The notes under the pieces were generated by a model. It made no database searches and was not told the origin of the DNA. It was given only the letters and a program-made list of their open reading frames with translations. A stretch of 55,521 nucleotides of DNA, from positions 1 to 55,521 of the forward strand of contig JBKHBQ010000001.1 in NCBI GenBank assembly GCA_046542305.1, given 5' to 3'. Positions 1 to 8,235 of the stretch are shown piece after piece (the stretch's first letter is position 1; each line of letters opens with the position of its first letter). A program made the position numbers and the translations under genes. This DNA is from Bacteroidales bacterium (GTDB lineage Bacteria; Bacteroidota; Bacteroidia; Bacteroidales; 4484-276).

Positions 1-2
1 CA

Positions 3-338
3 GGAGATCCGAACCGCACGGTTACTATTGATTCTCTGAATACAGACATTAATGATACGTGGGGTTCACCTGATGCCATCAACGATCCGGCTGCCGGACC
101 AATCTCGGCCATTTACCCGAATCCCTGTACTTCGCAGATCAACATTACTTTCTTTGAAAATCTGAACGATATCAATAAAGTTGAGATTTACAACATCATC
201 GGTGAAGTTGTTCAGACAATTGAAGGTTTCAGAAGCCAGCAAATTACCATTAACACCTCCGACCTTACCAACGGCGTTTATATTATTGCCGTTCATAATA
301 AGCAAGGTATCCAGACTTCAAAATTCGTAAAAGAATAA
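3..338 (+). CDS. C-terminal part of a secreted protein with a T9SS (Por) C-terminal sorting domain; 5' end lies outside the window
   Basis: Frame 3 is open from the window edge to TAA at 336-338. The translation ends ...AIYPNPCTSQINITFFENLNDINKVEIYNIIGEVVQTIEGFRSQQITINTSDLTNGVYIIAVHNKQGIQTSKFVKE, the typical YPNP...G.Y..K T9SS CTD pattern. It is absent from the ORF track because it has no start codon in the window. Confidence 0.8.
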   Translation, partial: GDPNRTVTIDSLNTDINDTWGSPDAINDPAAGPISAIYPNPCTSQINITFFENLNDINKVEIYNIIGEVVQTIEGFRSQQITINTSDLTNGVYIIAVHNKQGIQTSKFVKE

Positions 339-360
339 GCATTGATCAAATACTAAAAAA

Positions 361-392
361 GCCCGGTCAAATAAAATGACCGGGCTTTTTTA
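361..392 (+). terminator. Rho-independent terminator of the T9SS-cargo gene
   Basis: GCCCGGTCA (361-369), 7-nt loop, TGACCGGGC (377-385), followed by TTTTTT. Confidence 0.75.
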
Positions 393-462
393 TTGCTCCG
401 TAGCCTTGGAAATCAACTGAGTACCATCTGATATGTAGTTAATATGTTTTAGTCGTAGTGCA

Positions 463-524
463 ACATTTGTGTTTTTAGTGCCTTAGTGGCAAAAAATGCC
501 ACAAAAGCACCAAGGCACAAATGT
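463..524 (-). terminator. Long imperfect hairpin downstream of dmsC (possible terminator)
   Basis: GTGCCTTAGTG (478-488) pairs with CACCAAGGCAC (508-518), and ACATTT pairs with AAATGT outside that. A competing inner hairpin is GTGGC-AAAAAAT-GCCAC. It lies 18 nt past the dmsC stop and has no clean U-tract. Confidence 0.35.
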
Positions 525-541
525 TTCACGAACTCAGGTAA

Positions 542-1408
542 CTACACCCCAATTCTGAAATAGCTGTCGTAAAACAGGAATCTCCCCGCAACTTCTTCGA
601 AAACAACCAGTGCCAGTATGAAAGAAAGAAAACGCATCGTCGCCCCGGCATCCGCTATTCCCGAATGAACCCTGATGGCCAGATAGGCAGTAAAGATAAA
701 GGCAATAAAAAGGATGAACAACCTTACAAGATAAACCGTATGAAACATACCTTCAGCAAAATCGGGCTTTCCGATCCCGGTGTGTTCCATCCCGATAAGT
801 TGCCGTTGATGAAGGTATGCGGCCAATACCTGAAGAAGTAACATTCCTGCCAGTACAATCAACAGGTAGCCATGAAACCGGTTGAAACCTGCAGAAGTAA
901 ACAGAATCAAAACAAAGCCGCCGGTGAGCAGTGCAGCCATAAAAAAGCTCCACACTGTATACCATGTATCCCAGGCAGGAATGGTAGAAATCATGTAAAT
1001 CCGCGACATGAAATACAGCAGCAAAATACCTGCAATCGAGGTGTAAACAAGGATGACCGGCAGAAATATTCCACTGTCATTGCCAGACCAGCGAAGAAAA
1101 AACACCAGCAAAACACCCGTGCCAAAGAGAGCAATACCAAGAATTTCGCGGCTCAGCCAGGAAGAGGATAAATTATTCAGGGCAAATACCGAATGTTGTG
1201 GCGTATAGACATGTGTAAAGGAAATTACCGTTGCCATTGCAATAGCGACCAGTGCAACCAGAAACGGTGACTTCAAAGAGAAACCGGCAGGCAGGTCGTA
1301 GAATGCCTGTTGCTGCAAAAGGTACATTAAGGTCAAAAACAGCATCAACCCAACGCTAACCTGTGCCAGCAGGGTGAAAAAAATCAGCGACCAGTCGTTG
1401 TTGTGCAT
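542..1408 (-). CDS. dmsC: DmsC-type membrane anchor subunit of a DMSO-reductase-family enzyme
   Basis: 288 aa with about 8 predicted TM helices. The N-terminus MHNNDWSLIFFTLLAQVSVG resembles DmsC. It is last in an operon with dmsA-like and dmsB-like genes. Confidence 0.7.
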   Translation of the reverse strand: MHNNDWSLIFFTLLAQVSVGLMLFLTLMYLLQQQAFYDLPAGFSLKSPFLVALVAIAMATVISFTHVYTPQHSVFALNNLSSSWLSREILGIALFGTGVLLVFFLRWSGNDSGIFLPVILVYTSIAGILLLYFMSRIYMISTIPAWDTWYTVWSFFMAALLTGGFVLILFTSAGFNRFHGYLLIVLAGMLLLQVLAAYLHQRQLIGMEHTGIGKPDFAEGMFHTVYLVRLFILFIAFIFTAYLAIRVHSGIADAGATMRFLSFILALVVFEEVAGRFLFYDSYFRIGV

Positions 1409-1420
1409 TATTTATTTTCA

Positions 1421-1535
1421 GTGTTTGGTGTTTGGTTGGTGTTTGGTGTTCGGTGTTTGATAGTGCTTGCCGTACCTACTGCCGACTGACGACTGCCGAC
1501 TGCCGACTACCTCACCCCTCTCACCCCTCTCAACC
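1421..1535. repeat. Three adjacent short-unit tandem repeat blocks (GTGTTTG x5, CTGCCGA x4, TCACCCCTC x2+)
   Basis: Read directly. Block 1 at 1421-1459 has one GTGTTCG variant and a GTTG insertion. Block 2 at 1479-1506 has one CTGACGA variant. Block 3 at 1512-1535 overlaps the dmsB stop. Confidence 0.9.
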
Positions 1536-2162
1536 TTCCTCCGGCCTTACCTCTTCCAGATTGACAATTTCAGGTTTAATCAAATCAACTTTTGTAGCGC
1601 TGCGGTGCGGATGTAGCAGGATTGAGGGATCCGTATGGTGCCGGTTTGGCAGTGGATATATGTCGTCTTTGTCGCCGTATTTTTCCACCAGATCATCATA
1701 ATTACCAAAATCCATGGCCCGCATGGGGCAGGAATCCACACAGGAAGGATTGCGACCTTTTTCAACATAATCCACGCAGAGATTGCATTTGGTCATCACT
1801 CCCTTTTCGGTGTTGAACTGAGGTGATCCATACGGGCATACCCATTCGCAGTAGCGGCAGCCCATGCATTTAGTTTCGTCGATCAGCACGATACCATCGG
1901 ATCGTTTTACGATGGCTTTTGCCGGACAGGATTTCAGGCACACCGGCTCCTTGCAATGGTTACATGCCAGCGACACATTGTAAGCATACAGGTTATGTGC
2001 CCAGGCCGCACCCTTCCGCTGCCAGTCGCCGCCGGTCACCTCGTAAACACGCCGCCACAGCACGCCCAGGGGCAGGTCGTTCTTATCCTTACAGGCAATC
2101 TGACAGGTTTTGCACCCCGAGCAGGCATCCGCATCAAAATAAAAAGCCAATTGTTGAGACAT
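1530..2162 (-). CDS. dmsB: 4Fe-4S ferredoxin-type electron-transfer subunit (DmsB family)
   Basis: 210 aa with four Cys clusters (CSGCKTCQIAC, CNHCKEPVC, CMGCRYCEWVC, CNLC...C..C). The start MSQQLAFYFDADACSGCKTC is typical of DmsB. Confidence 0.9.
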   Translation of the reverse strand: MSQQLAFYFDADACSGCKTCQIACKDKNDLPLGVLWRRVYEVTGGDWQRKGAAWAHNLYAYNVSLACNHCKEPVCLKSCPAKAIVKRSDGIVLIDETKCMGCRYCEWVCPYGSPQFNTEKGVMTKCNLCVDYVEKGRNPSCVDSCPMRAMDFGNYDDLVEKYGDKDDIYPLPNRHHTDPSILLHPHRSATKVDLIKPEIVNLEEVRPEEG

Positions 2163-2362
2163 AGCGTTGTTGATCGTTATCCGTTAATTGTTGCATTTCA
2201 TTATCCCGAGAACCTTAAGTTTTGTGTTTCACCCGCCTCATCGCTGACATAGATCCGTTATGTACGAGGTCAAACTCACCTCTCAACTCTAGTCCTTGTT
2301 CGTGAACGAGACTGTGTGCGTGGCTATTTGTGAAGACAACCATCACAACCATTCCTCTCTAT

Positions 2363-4732
2363 TCACGCCCTCTCCACCTGAGCCATGATCGTATGCTGGG
2401 CATTGCCGAAAGCGAGCGGTGTCCAGCGCTCGGAGGTGAGGGTATTCACCGATCCGCCGGTGTCCACGCCGTTTTTATCGGGCTTCCACCAGGCTCCCTG
2501 CGGAATGGCCACCACGCCCGGCATAATCCGTTTGGTAAGCCGGCATGGAAGCAAAAGCGTTCCCCGGTCATTGTAAACCTTCACCGTATCGCCGTCCTTC
2601 ACTCCTCTCTCAGCCGCATCAAGGGGATTAATAAATACCCTTTGCGGGAAGGCCTCGCTGAGCCAGTCGTTGTTGTCGTGCGTGGAATGTACCCGCGGCA
2701 TGTAATGCGGCCCGATCACCTGCAGCGGAAACTGCTTTGCCATCGCATCGAAAGGGCTCTCCCATTCACGGATGTATTTGGGTACGGCGGGGATCTCATC
2801 AGGAATGTTCATTTGGAACAGCCGCGCCGAAAATATCTCGATCTTTCCGGATGGCGTGGGCAGCGGGTTTTTCACCGGATCTCTTCTGAAATCCTCAAAA
2901 GCGATCTTCGGTTTTTTCACATCCACGGCATACACGCCGGCATTGGATTTTTCGAACTCATCGAGTGCAGGAATTTCCGGGAACCGGGTTTTGCGGTATT
3001 TTTCAATAAATTCGCCAATCCACCCTTTTTCGTCCTTCCCTTCCGTAAACTCTTCCTTCAGCCCCAGTTTTTCAGCTATATCCGCACAGATCTGGTAATC
3101 GCTTTTGGTTTCCCACGGCGGATCCACGATCTTCGGCATCAGCAACACCTCATCGCCGTATTTCCATCCGTCTTCCAGACCCCAGGTTTCAAACTGCGTA
3201 CATGCCGGCAGCAGAAGGTCGGCAAACATGCCGGTGGGTGTAAGGAAATTATCCTGCACGGCAAAAAACTCCACCAGCGACTCGTCCTGCATGATCCTGG
3301 CCGTGCGGTTGATATTGGCGTGCTGGTTGATGATGGCATTGGAAGCCACTGCCCAGATCAGCTTAATCGGGTTGTCGAGGTTTTCTGCGCCGGTAACTCC
3401 CTCTGCGGCAGTCATATCTTTACCTTTCACCACGGCTTCCGTCCACAGGAAACACGGGATCTTCGTTTTCACCGGATTTTTCAAGGTGGGGAAAATTGTC
3501 CAGAACGGGCCGCCATCGTCAGCCTGCAGGGCGATGCCGCTGGCCCAGCCGCCCGGAACGCCCACATTGCCGGTGATGGCAGCAAGTACACAGCCTCCCC
3601 GAACGGGCTGCTCGCCATAGGCTCGTCTTTGCATGCCATAGCCCTGGTAGAGCATGGCCGGTTTAGTGGTGGCAAATTCCCTGGCAATGCGAACGATGGT
3701 TTCCCGCGGAATGCCTGTGACCTCTTCCGCCCATTCCGGCGTTTTGGCCTGTCCGTCGCGGGTGCCCAAAATATAATCTTTGTAGGATTCCTCATGCTCC
3801 AGGCCTTCAGGCATCTGGCTGCTGTCGAAGCCGAGACAGTATTTGTTCACAAAATCCCTGTCGTAAATTCCTTCATCGATCATCACGCAGGCCATGGCGC
3901 TCATCAGGGCCACGTCGGTGCCGGGGCGTATGGGAATCCATTCATCGGCCAGCGACACGGCGCTCAGGGTCATCCGCGGGTCGATACAGACCACGCGGGC
4001 GCCGTTCTCGCGGGCTTTTTTAATAAAATATTCCGAATTGGTGCCGTCGCGCATTTCCGAAGGGTTCCACCCCCACATCAGGATGTATTTGCAGTTCACC
4101 CAGTCCTGACGCTGATTTCCGGTAACGTTGGTGCCGAATACGTAAGGCGTGGCTTTGCTGATGCATGCCCAGGAGTAAGAGTTATAATAACCCAGTGAAC
4201 CTCCCAACAGGTTCATCAGCCTTTCGGCAGGCCAGCGCCCGTTGGTCTGGTTGTAGCTGCCGGTTCCATATGGTACGTACAAGGCTGAATTGCCGTACTT
4301 TTCCCTGATCCTGGTAAGGTTTTCGGCCATCATATCCGTGGCTTCATCCCAGGAAATGCGTTCGAACTTTCCTTCACCCCGTGTGCCGGTTCGTTTCATG
4401 GGATAGCGCAGCCGGTCCGCATGATATTGGCGGTGGCGGTATCCACGGCCCCGCAGGCAAGCCCGGAGTTGCGGGTTTTCGATGCCATCGCCGGGGCGGT
4501 CGTCAGTCTCGATGCGCGTGATTACCCCTTGCTTCACGTAAACCTTCAACAGGCAGCGTCCGCCGCAGTTGTGTGCCGGACAACCCACGCGTACCATCTT
4601 CTCGTAGGAAAAATGCTCAACGGCCACCTCACGCACCCGTGGGTTGGCCATCAGTCCGCTCAGCAGCGAACTGCCAAAAACAGCACCTCCCGAAAACAAT
4701 GCCCCCGATCTGATAAATTCTCTTCGTTTCAT
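2363..4732 (-). CDS. dmsA: Tat-exported molybdopterin (bis-MGD) oxidoreductase catalytic subunit, DmsA-like; substrate unknown
   Basis: 789 aa with the twin-arginine signal MKRREFIRSGALF. It has an N-terminal Cys motif CPAHNCGGRC and DMSO-reductase-family blocks throughout. Confidence 0.9.
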   Translation of the reverse strand: MKRREFIRSGALFSGGAVFGSSLLSGLMANPRVREVAVEHFSYEKMVRVGCPAHNCGGRCLLKVYVKQGVITRIETDDRPGDGIENPQLRACLRGRGYRHRQYHADRLRYPMKRTGTRGEGKFERISWDEATDMMAENLTRIREKYGNSALYVPYGTGSYNQTNGRWPAERLMNLLGGSLGYYNSYSWACISKATPYVFGTNVTGNQRQDWVNCKYILMWGWNPSEMRDGTNSEYFIKKARENGARVVCIDPRMTLSAVSLADEWIPIRPGTDVALMSAMACVMIDEGIYDRDFVNKYCLGFDSSQMPEGLEHEESYKDYILGTRDGQAKTPEWAEEVTGIPRETIVRIAREFATTKPAMLYQGYGMQRRAYGEQPVRGGCVLAAITGNVGVPGGWASGIALQADDGGPFWTIFPTLKNPVKTKIPCFLWTEAVVKGKDMTAAEGVTGAENLDNPIKLIWAVASNAIINQHANINRTARIMQDESLVEFFAVQDNFLTPTGMFADLLLPACTQFETWGLEDGWKYGDEVLLMPKIVDPPWETKSDYQICADIAEKLGLKEEFTEGKDEKGWIGEFIEKYRKTRFPEIPALDEFEKSNAGVYAVDVKKPKIAFEDFRRDPVKNPLPTPSGKIEIFSARLFQMNIPDEIPAVPKYIREWESPFDAMAKQFPLQVIGPHYMPRVHSTHDNNDWLSEAFPQRVFINPLDAAERGVKDGDTVKVYNDRGTLLLPCRLTKRIMPGVVAIPQGAWWKPDKNGVDTGGSVNTLTSERWTPLAFGNAQHTIMAQVERA

Positions 4733-4888
4733 AGATAGTTATCAAAACGGATAAAAATAGATAAAAATGATGCAGCCGGATTGGTTTAACGGGAATTTAG
4801 GGCTGGTCTGAATAAGGAGAGGGACAAGGAATGCATTTGCAGTGCAAGGACAATTCGGTAGCGCATGTCCTGACTTGGAGCAACAAAG

Positions 4889-4932
4889 CCATCTGACAGC
4901 AAATCAAGAATGCTTTACCTGCTGTCAGATGG
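4889..4932. repeat. Perfect 12-bp inverted repeat with a 20-nt spacer (terminator of the upstream TPR gene or an operator of dmsA)
   Basis: CCATCTGACAGC (4889-4900) and GCTGTCAGATGG (4921-4932). It lies 157 nt upstream of the dmsA ATG and 170 nt downstream of the TPR gene stop. Confidence 0.5.
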
Positions 4933-5101
4933 AACGACACACAAGGAATTTCCAGCCAGCCTGTACATCCGGGCATAAGTATTTATCCGGAAAATTCTAA
5001 ACTACTAATGCTGTGTTGAATACATATTAATCGGTAAATACCCGCTCTCTGACCGCCTTCATTGCGTTACGGCGAGGCAAGCTGCCAAAATCCGACTCTT
5101 C

Positions 5102-7030
5102 CTATCTCGCGTCCTGCAAAAGCTTCATTTTTTCGTTGAAACGGTCGGTGGCCCATGGGTCGATGGTAACGGCCTGATGATATGCAGCTTCGGCGTCTTT
5201 GTATTTTTTCATGGCCAGATAAGCGTCCCCAAGCAAGAAATACTGTTCAAGATCATACGGGTTAATGCCCTGGCATCCCTCGTTGATTTCGTTAACAGCG
5301 GCAGCAAACTCATCGCTCATATACAGTGCACGCGCCTTCCAGAACCTGAACAGCCAGATATCGTTGATCGCCAGCGCCTCTTCCACATTTTTCAAAAGGC
5401 CTTCAAAATCTCCTTTCTCAAAAAGGATATCGAACTTGAATAAACGCGGGGCCACATAACCGGGATAGAGCAGCAAGGCCCGGTCGAACTTTACTTCGGC
5501 TGCAAAGGGTTCGCCTTTGTTATAAAGAATCTCGCCTGCATAATACCAGGGTGGGGCTACATTGCCGGCCAGCCGGGTAAGAATATTCAGTTTCTGTTCA
5601 CCTTCATCCCATTTTTGTTGCCTTACAAGCATGATACCCCGGTTAATATCGGTAACGGTTTGCGGCGCAAGTGCTTCCGCAGTAATATTGCTGCTCAGAA
5701 TCCACATTTCCATGTTCTTCACCAGATCAAGGTCGGTACATTTCTCCATGGCATTCGACAGTGACGACCTGAAAAGGGTGTAATCCTCACCCAGTGCATT
5801 AAAGGCCTTAAAAATCTGATAATACGGCTGCCTTTCTATTTCCACCTGGCGACGCAGGTTTTTCATGATCGAATCGTTAAGCAGATAGCCGTGGTTTCTG
5901 ATGTCTTCATTGATCAGATTAACCAATACCGCGAATTCCTCCTGCCCCCGTATTTCATGAAGTTCTTTTTTCTTCCCGGGAAGATTTTCCAGCATTGCAA
6001 GGGATAGGGTATCCGGACCGTTCAGGATGCGCAACGTATCAAGATGAGTGGCCATTCTTGCCAGTAAATCGACAAAAAAACTGAATTTGTAATCATCATA
6101 CGATCTCTTTTCAAAAAAGCTGAGCCTGTAGTTCTTATAAAGATCGAAAAGATTTTCGCGTTCCTTTTCTGCAGCTACCATATTTTGACGGTAATCCTTC
6201 ATGAGTTGTTCGCTCTTTGGAAAATCCATCGTCAGATATGGGGTAAACAAATCATAGCTTTCCTTTATCAGATTGATCACCGAATCGATCTTCGCCAGAT
6301 TTTCCTTTCCAGGTTTCCTGACCATTTCCATGCTGCAATTCTCAAACATTACCCTAAGGCTGTCGCCCCGCTGCCTGATGGCCGTTTCCATCAGCGTTTC
6401 GCTCAGATGCTGATAAAAACTGTAATATTTAATCTCGCTGTGGCGCCCCGCATCTTCAATTACCGGCATCAGCGTATTAAAAGCTTTAACATAGTCGCGG
6501 TCGTCACTGTAAGCCATGCCTTCCCTGTAAATCTGATCGTACTTACTGAAATACGGATAATAATCATCTTTGATTATGATGCGATCGGCGGTATCGATCG
6601 GACTTTTGAATACAAAAGGCTTATAAAGCTTTACCTCCCGCTTGGGGTATATGTAAAGCACTTTCACGATTTTGCCATCGCTGTTCAGGATCTGCTGCAA
6701 TCCTCTGCTCCGGACAACCGGCTTTCCATCCTGCCACAACTCTATGTGCATCAGGTCGTCGGTCAGATCATTATCTTTGAAATAACCGCGCTCGCTTTGC
6801 TGATTCGGGATCAGTGTGAAATATACATCTTCATAGCGAAGAAATTCTTCGGGTGAAATCTGAGCTTCCCCGTTTTCGCCTGAAAAACAGATGGTAGCTG
6901 AATAGATATTCTTCCATTTTTCTTTGTATGCAATATCAACCGACTGGGAAAAGACGGCTGAAGACATAACGATCAGCCCGAAAAGGATCACGATGAGGTA
7001 ATTGAAATTTTTCATATACGCTACATTCAT
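5102..7030 (-). CDS. Membrane-anchored or secreted tetratricopeptide-repeat protein; the N-terminal ~480 aa are uncharacterised
   Basis: The ORF has a hydrophobic N-terminus (MKNFNYLIVILFGLIVMSSAVFSQ). The C-terminal ~150 aa show TPR-like A/Y/G periodicity (..GDAYLAMKKYKDAEAAYHQAVTIDP). The track start 7054 is TTG. ATG options are 7030 and 7015. Confidence 0.65.
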   Translation of the reverse strand: MNVAYMKNFNYLIVILFGLIVMSSAVFSQSVDIAYKEKWKNIYSATICFSGENGEAQISPEEFLRYEDVYFTLIPNQQSERGYFKDNDLTDDLMHIELWQDGKPVVRSRGLQQILNSDGKIVKVLYIYPKREVKLYKPFVFKSPIDTADRIIIKDDYYPYFSKYDQIYREGMAYSDDRDYVKAFNTLMPVIEDAGRHSEIKYYSFYQHLSETLMETAIRQRGDSLRVMFENCSMEMVRKPGKENLAKIDSVINLIKESYDLFTPYLTMDFPKSEQLMKDYRQNMVAAEKERENLFDLYKNYRLSFFEKRSYDDYKFSFFVDLLARMATHLDTLRILNGPDTLSLAMLENLPGKKKELHEIRGQEEFAVLVNLINEDIRNHGYLLNDSIMKNLRRQVEIERQPYYQIFKAFNALGEDYTLFRSSLSNAMEKCTDLDLVKNMEMWILSSNITAEALAPQTVTDINRGIMLVRQQKWDEGEQKLNILTRLAGNVAPPWYYAGEILYNKGEPFAAEVKFDRALLLYPGYVAPRLFKFDILFEKGDFEGLLKNVEEALAINDIWLFRFWKARALYMSDEFAAAVNEINEGCQGINPYDLEQYFLLGDAYLAMKKYKDAEAAYHQAVTIDPWATDRFNEKMKLLQDAR

Positions 7031-7094
7031 TTTTTTGCTGGTTACACCCTGCAAGGATAAATATTTTATACTTAAGAATCAAGCAAAATTTATC

Positions 7095-7102
7095 CAAAAA
7101 TA
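7095..7102 (-). promoter_or_regulatory. Candidate Bacteroidota -7 promoter element (TAnnTTTG) for the TPR gene
   Basis: The minus strand reads TATTTTTG, 64 nt upstream of ATG 7030. Confidence 0.3.
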
Positions 7103-7151
7103 TAATTTGGTTTAAGCACCGGATCGTCGTAATTTACCGCTGATTTCTTTT

Positions 7152-7159
7152 TATTTTTG
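7152..7159 (+). promoter_or_regulatory. Candidate -7 promoter element (TAnnTTTG); would give a ~230-nt leader for transketolase pair 1
   Basis: TATTTTTG on the + strand. I found no other match between it and ATG 7393. Confidence 0.3.
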
Positions 7160-7215
7160 CAAAAAAAGCCAGTAGCGTCTGTGGATAAATTGAAAACGCT
7201 TGCTGTTAAGCATAA

Positions 7216-7346
7216 ATTCCTCGCTACGCCTGGAATGACCGTTAGTTAAATTATTGGGGAGGATTAGGGCGGCGGCTGCGCCGCCGCCCTACCCCCACTT
7301 CTACTAAACCCGGTAAACCCGTGTCGTTCTTAGCTTAGTGAGGAAT
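7216..7346 (+). other. Structured element: an 11-bp closing helix enclosing a REP-like hairpin and an extremely GC-rich perfect hairpin
   Basis: ATTCCTCGCTA (7216-7226) pairs with TAGTGAGGAAT (7336-7346) with one G-U. A local hairpin is ATTCC-N11-GGAAT (7216-7236). AGGGCGGCGGC-TGC-GCCGCCGCCCT (7266-7290) is an 11-bp perfect stem flanked by GGGG/CCCC. Confidence 0.5.
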
Positions 7347-7392
7347 CTCCCAAACCTTATCCTTACACTACTGAAAAAAATATTATTCATCT

Positions 7393-8232
7393 ATGGCCTT
7401 CAAAAAAATTGAAACAGCAACTGAATTGGAACGAATCGCCCTGGCCATCCGCAGGGATGTAATCCGCAGCCTGGCGGCTTCTGGATCGGGACACCTTGGC
7501 GGCAGCCTGGGACTTGCGGATGTGTTTACGGTTTTGTACTTCAACAGAATGCGGCACGATCCCGAACGGCCGGATTGGCCGGAACGCGACCGGCTCGTGC
7601 TGTCGGTCGGGCACGTGGCGCCGGTGTATTATGCCGCACTGGCTCATGCAGGCTATTTTCCGGTTGATGAATTGCTGACTCTGCGCAAACTGGGCTCGCG
7701 CCTGCAGGGACATCCCGGCCGCGATCACCTGCTGCCGGGCATCGAATTGTCGGCGGGCTCGCTCGGACAGGGGCTGCCGGTGGCCGTGGGCATGGCACTG
7801 GCCAATAAATTGGATGGAAATGCCAGAAAAACATTTTGCATCAACGGCGACGGCGAATTGCAGGAGGGTTCCATCTGGGAAGCCGCCATGAGCGCCGCAC
7901 ATCACAAACTCGACAACCTCATCACTACCGTTGACCGCAACCATGTGCAAATCGACGGAGAAGTGCAGGATGTGATGGATATAGAACCGCTGGCGGAAAA
8001 ATGGAAATCCTTCGGCTGGGAGGTGTTTGAATGCGATGGCAATGATATAAGTGATCTTCTGCGTACCTACCGGCTTGCCGAAGGCGTTTTGGGAAAACCT
8101 TCCGTGGTGATCGCCCATACGGCCATGGGCAGGGGCGTAAAGGAAATCGAAGGCGACTACCGCTGGCATGGCAAAGCCCCGTCGGCGGAACAGGCCGAAG
8201 CGTTTCTCGTTCAACTCGAACAAAAAAAATAA
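7393..8232 (+). CDS. Transketolase, N-terminal (TPP-binding) subunit, pair 1
   Basis: 279 aa. Motifs include GSGHLGGSLG, LSVGHVAP, LQGHP, GSLGQG and GDGELQEGSIWEA. Confidence 0.9.
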   Translation: MAFKKIETATELERIALAIRRDVIRSLAASGSGHLGGSLGLADVFTVLYFNRMRHDPERPDWPERDRLVLSVGHVAPVYYAALAHAGYFPVDELLTLRKLGSRLQGHPGRDHLLPGIELSAGSLGQGLPVAVGMALANKLDGNARKTFCINGDGELQEGSIWEAAMSAAHHKLDNLITTVDRNHVQIDGEVQDVMDIEPLAEKWKSFGWEVFECDGNDISDLLRTYRLAEGVLGKPSVVIAHTAMGRGVKEIEGDYRWHGKAPSAEQAEAFLVQLEQKK

Positions 8233-8235
8233 AAG

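Noticed and set aside
66-305. 79-aa ORF on the - strand at the window start
   Set aside because: The + strand frame 3 encodes a clear T9SS C-terminal sorting domain, followed by a terminator.
1421-1535. CRISPR array
   Set aside because: The repeat units are only 7-9 nt, are directly adjacent without spacers, and no cas genes are present. I saw no 24-40 nt spaced repeats anywhere else in the window.
2330-4198. 622-aa ORF on the + strand
   Set aside because: It is entirely antisense to dmsA, which has unmistakable molybdoenzyme motifs. Its translation is R/H/G/P-rich with no recognisable motif. It is a typical shadow ORF of a GC3-rich gene.
7152-7392. TPP (THI-box) riboswitch upstream of a TPP-dependent enzyme
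   Set aside because: I looked for the conserved CUGAGA and ACCUGAUCUGGAUAAUGCCAGCG-like cores on the + strand. Neither is present. The same negative result holds for the leader of the DUF77-pnuC operon (51019-51160).
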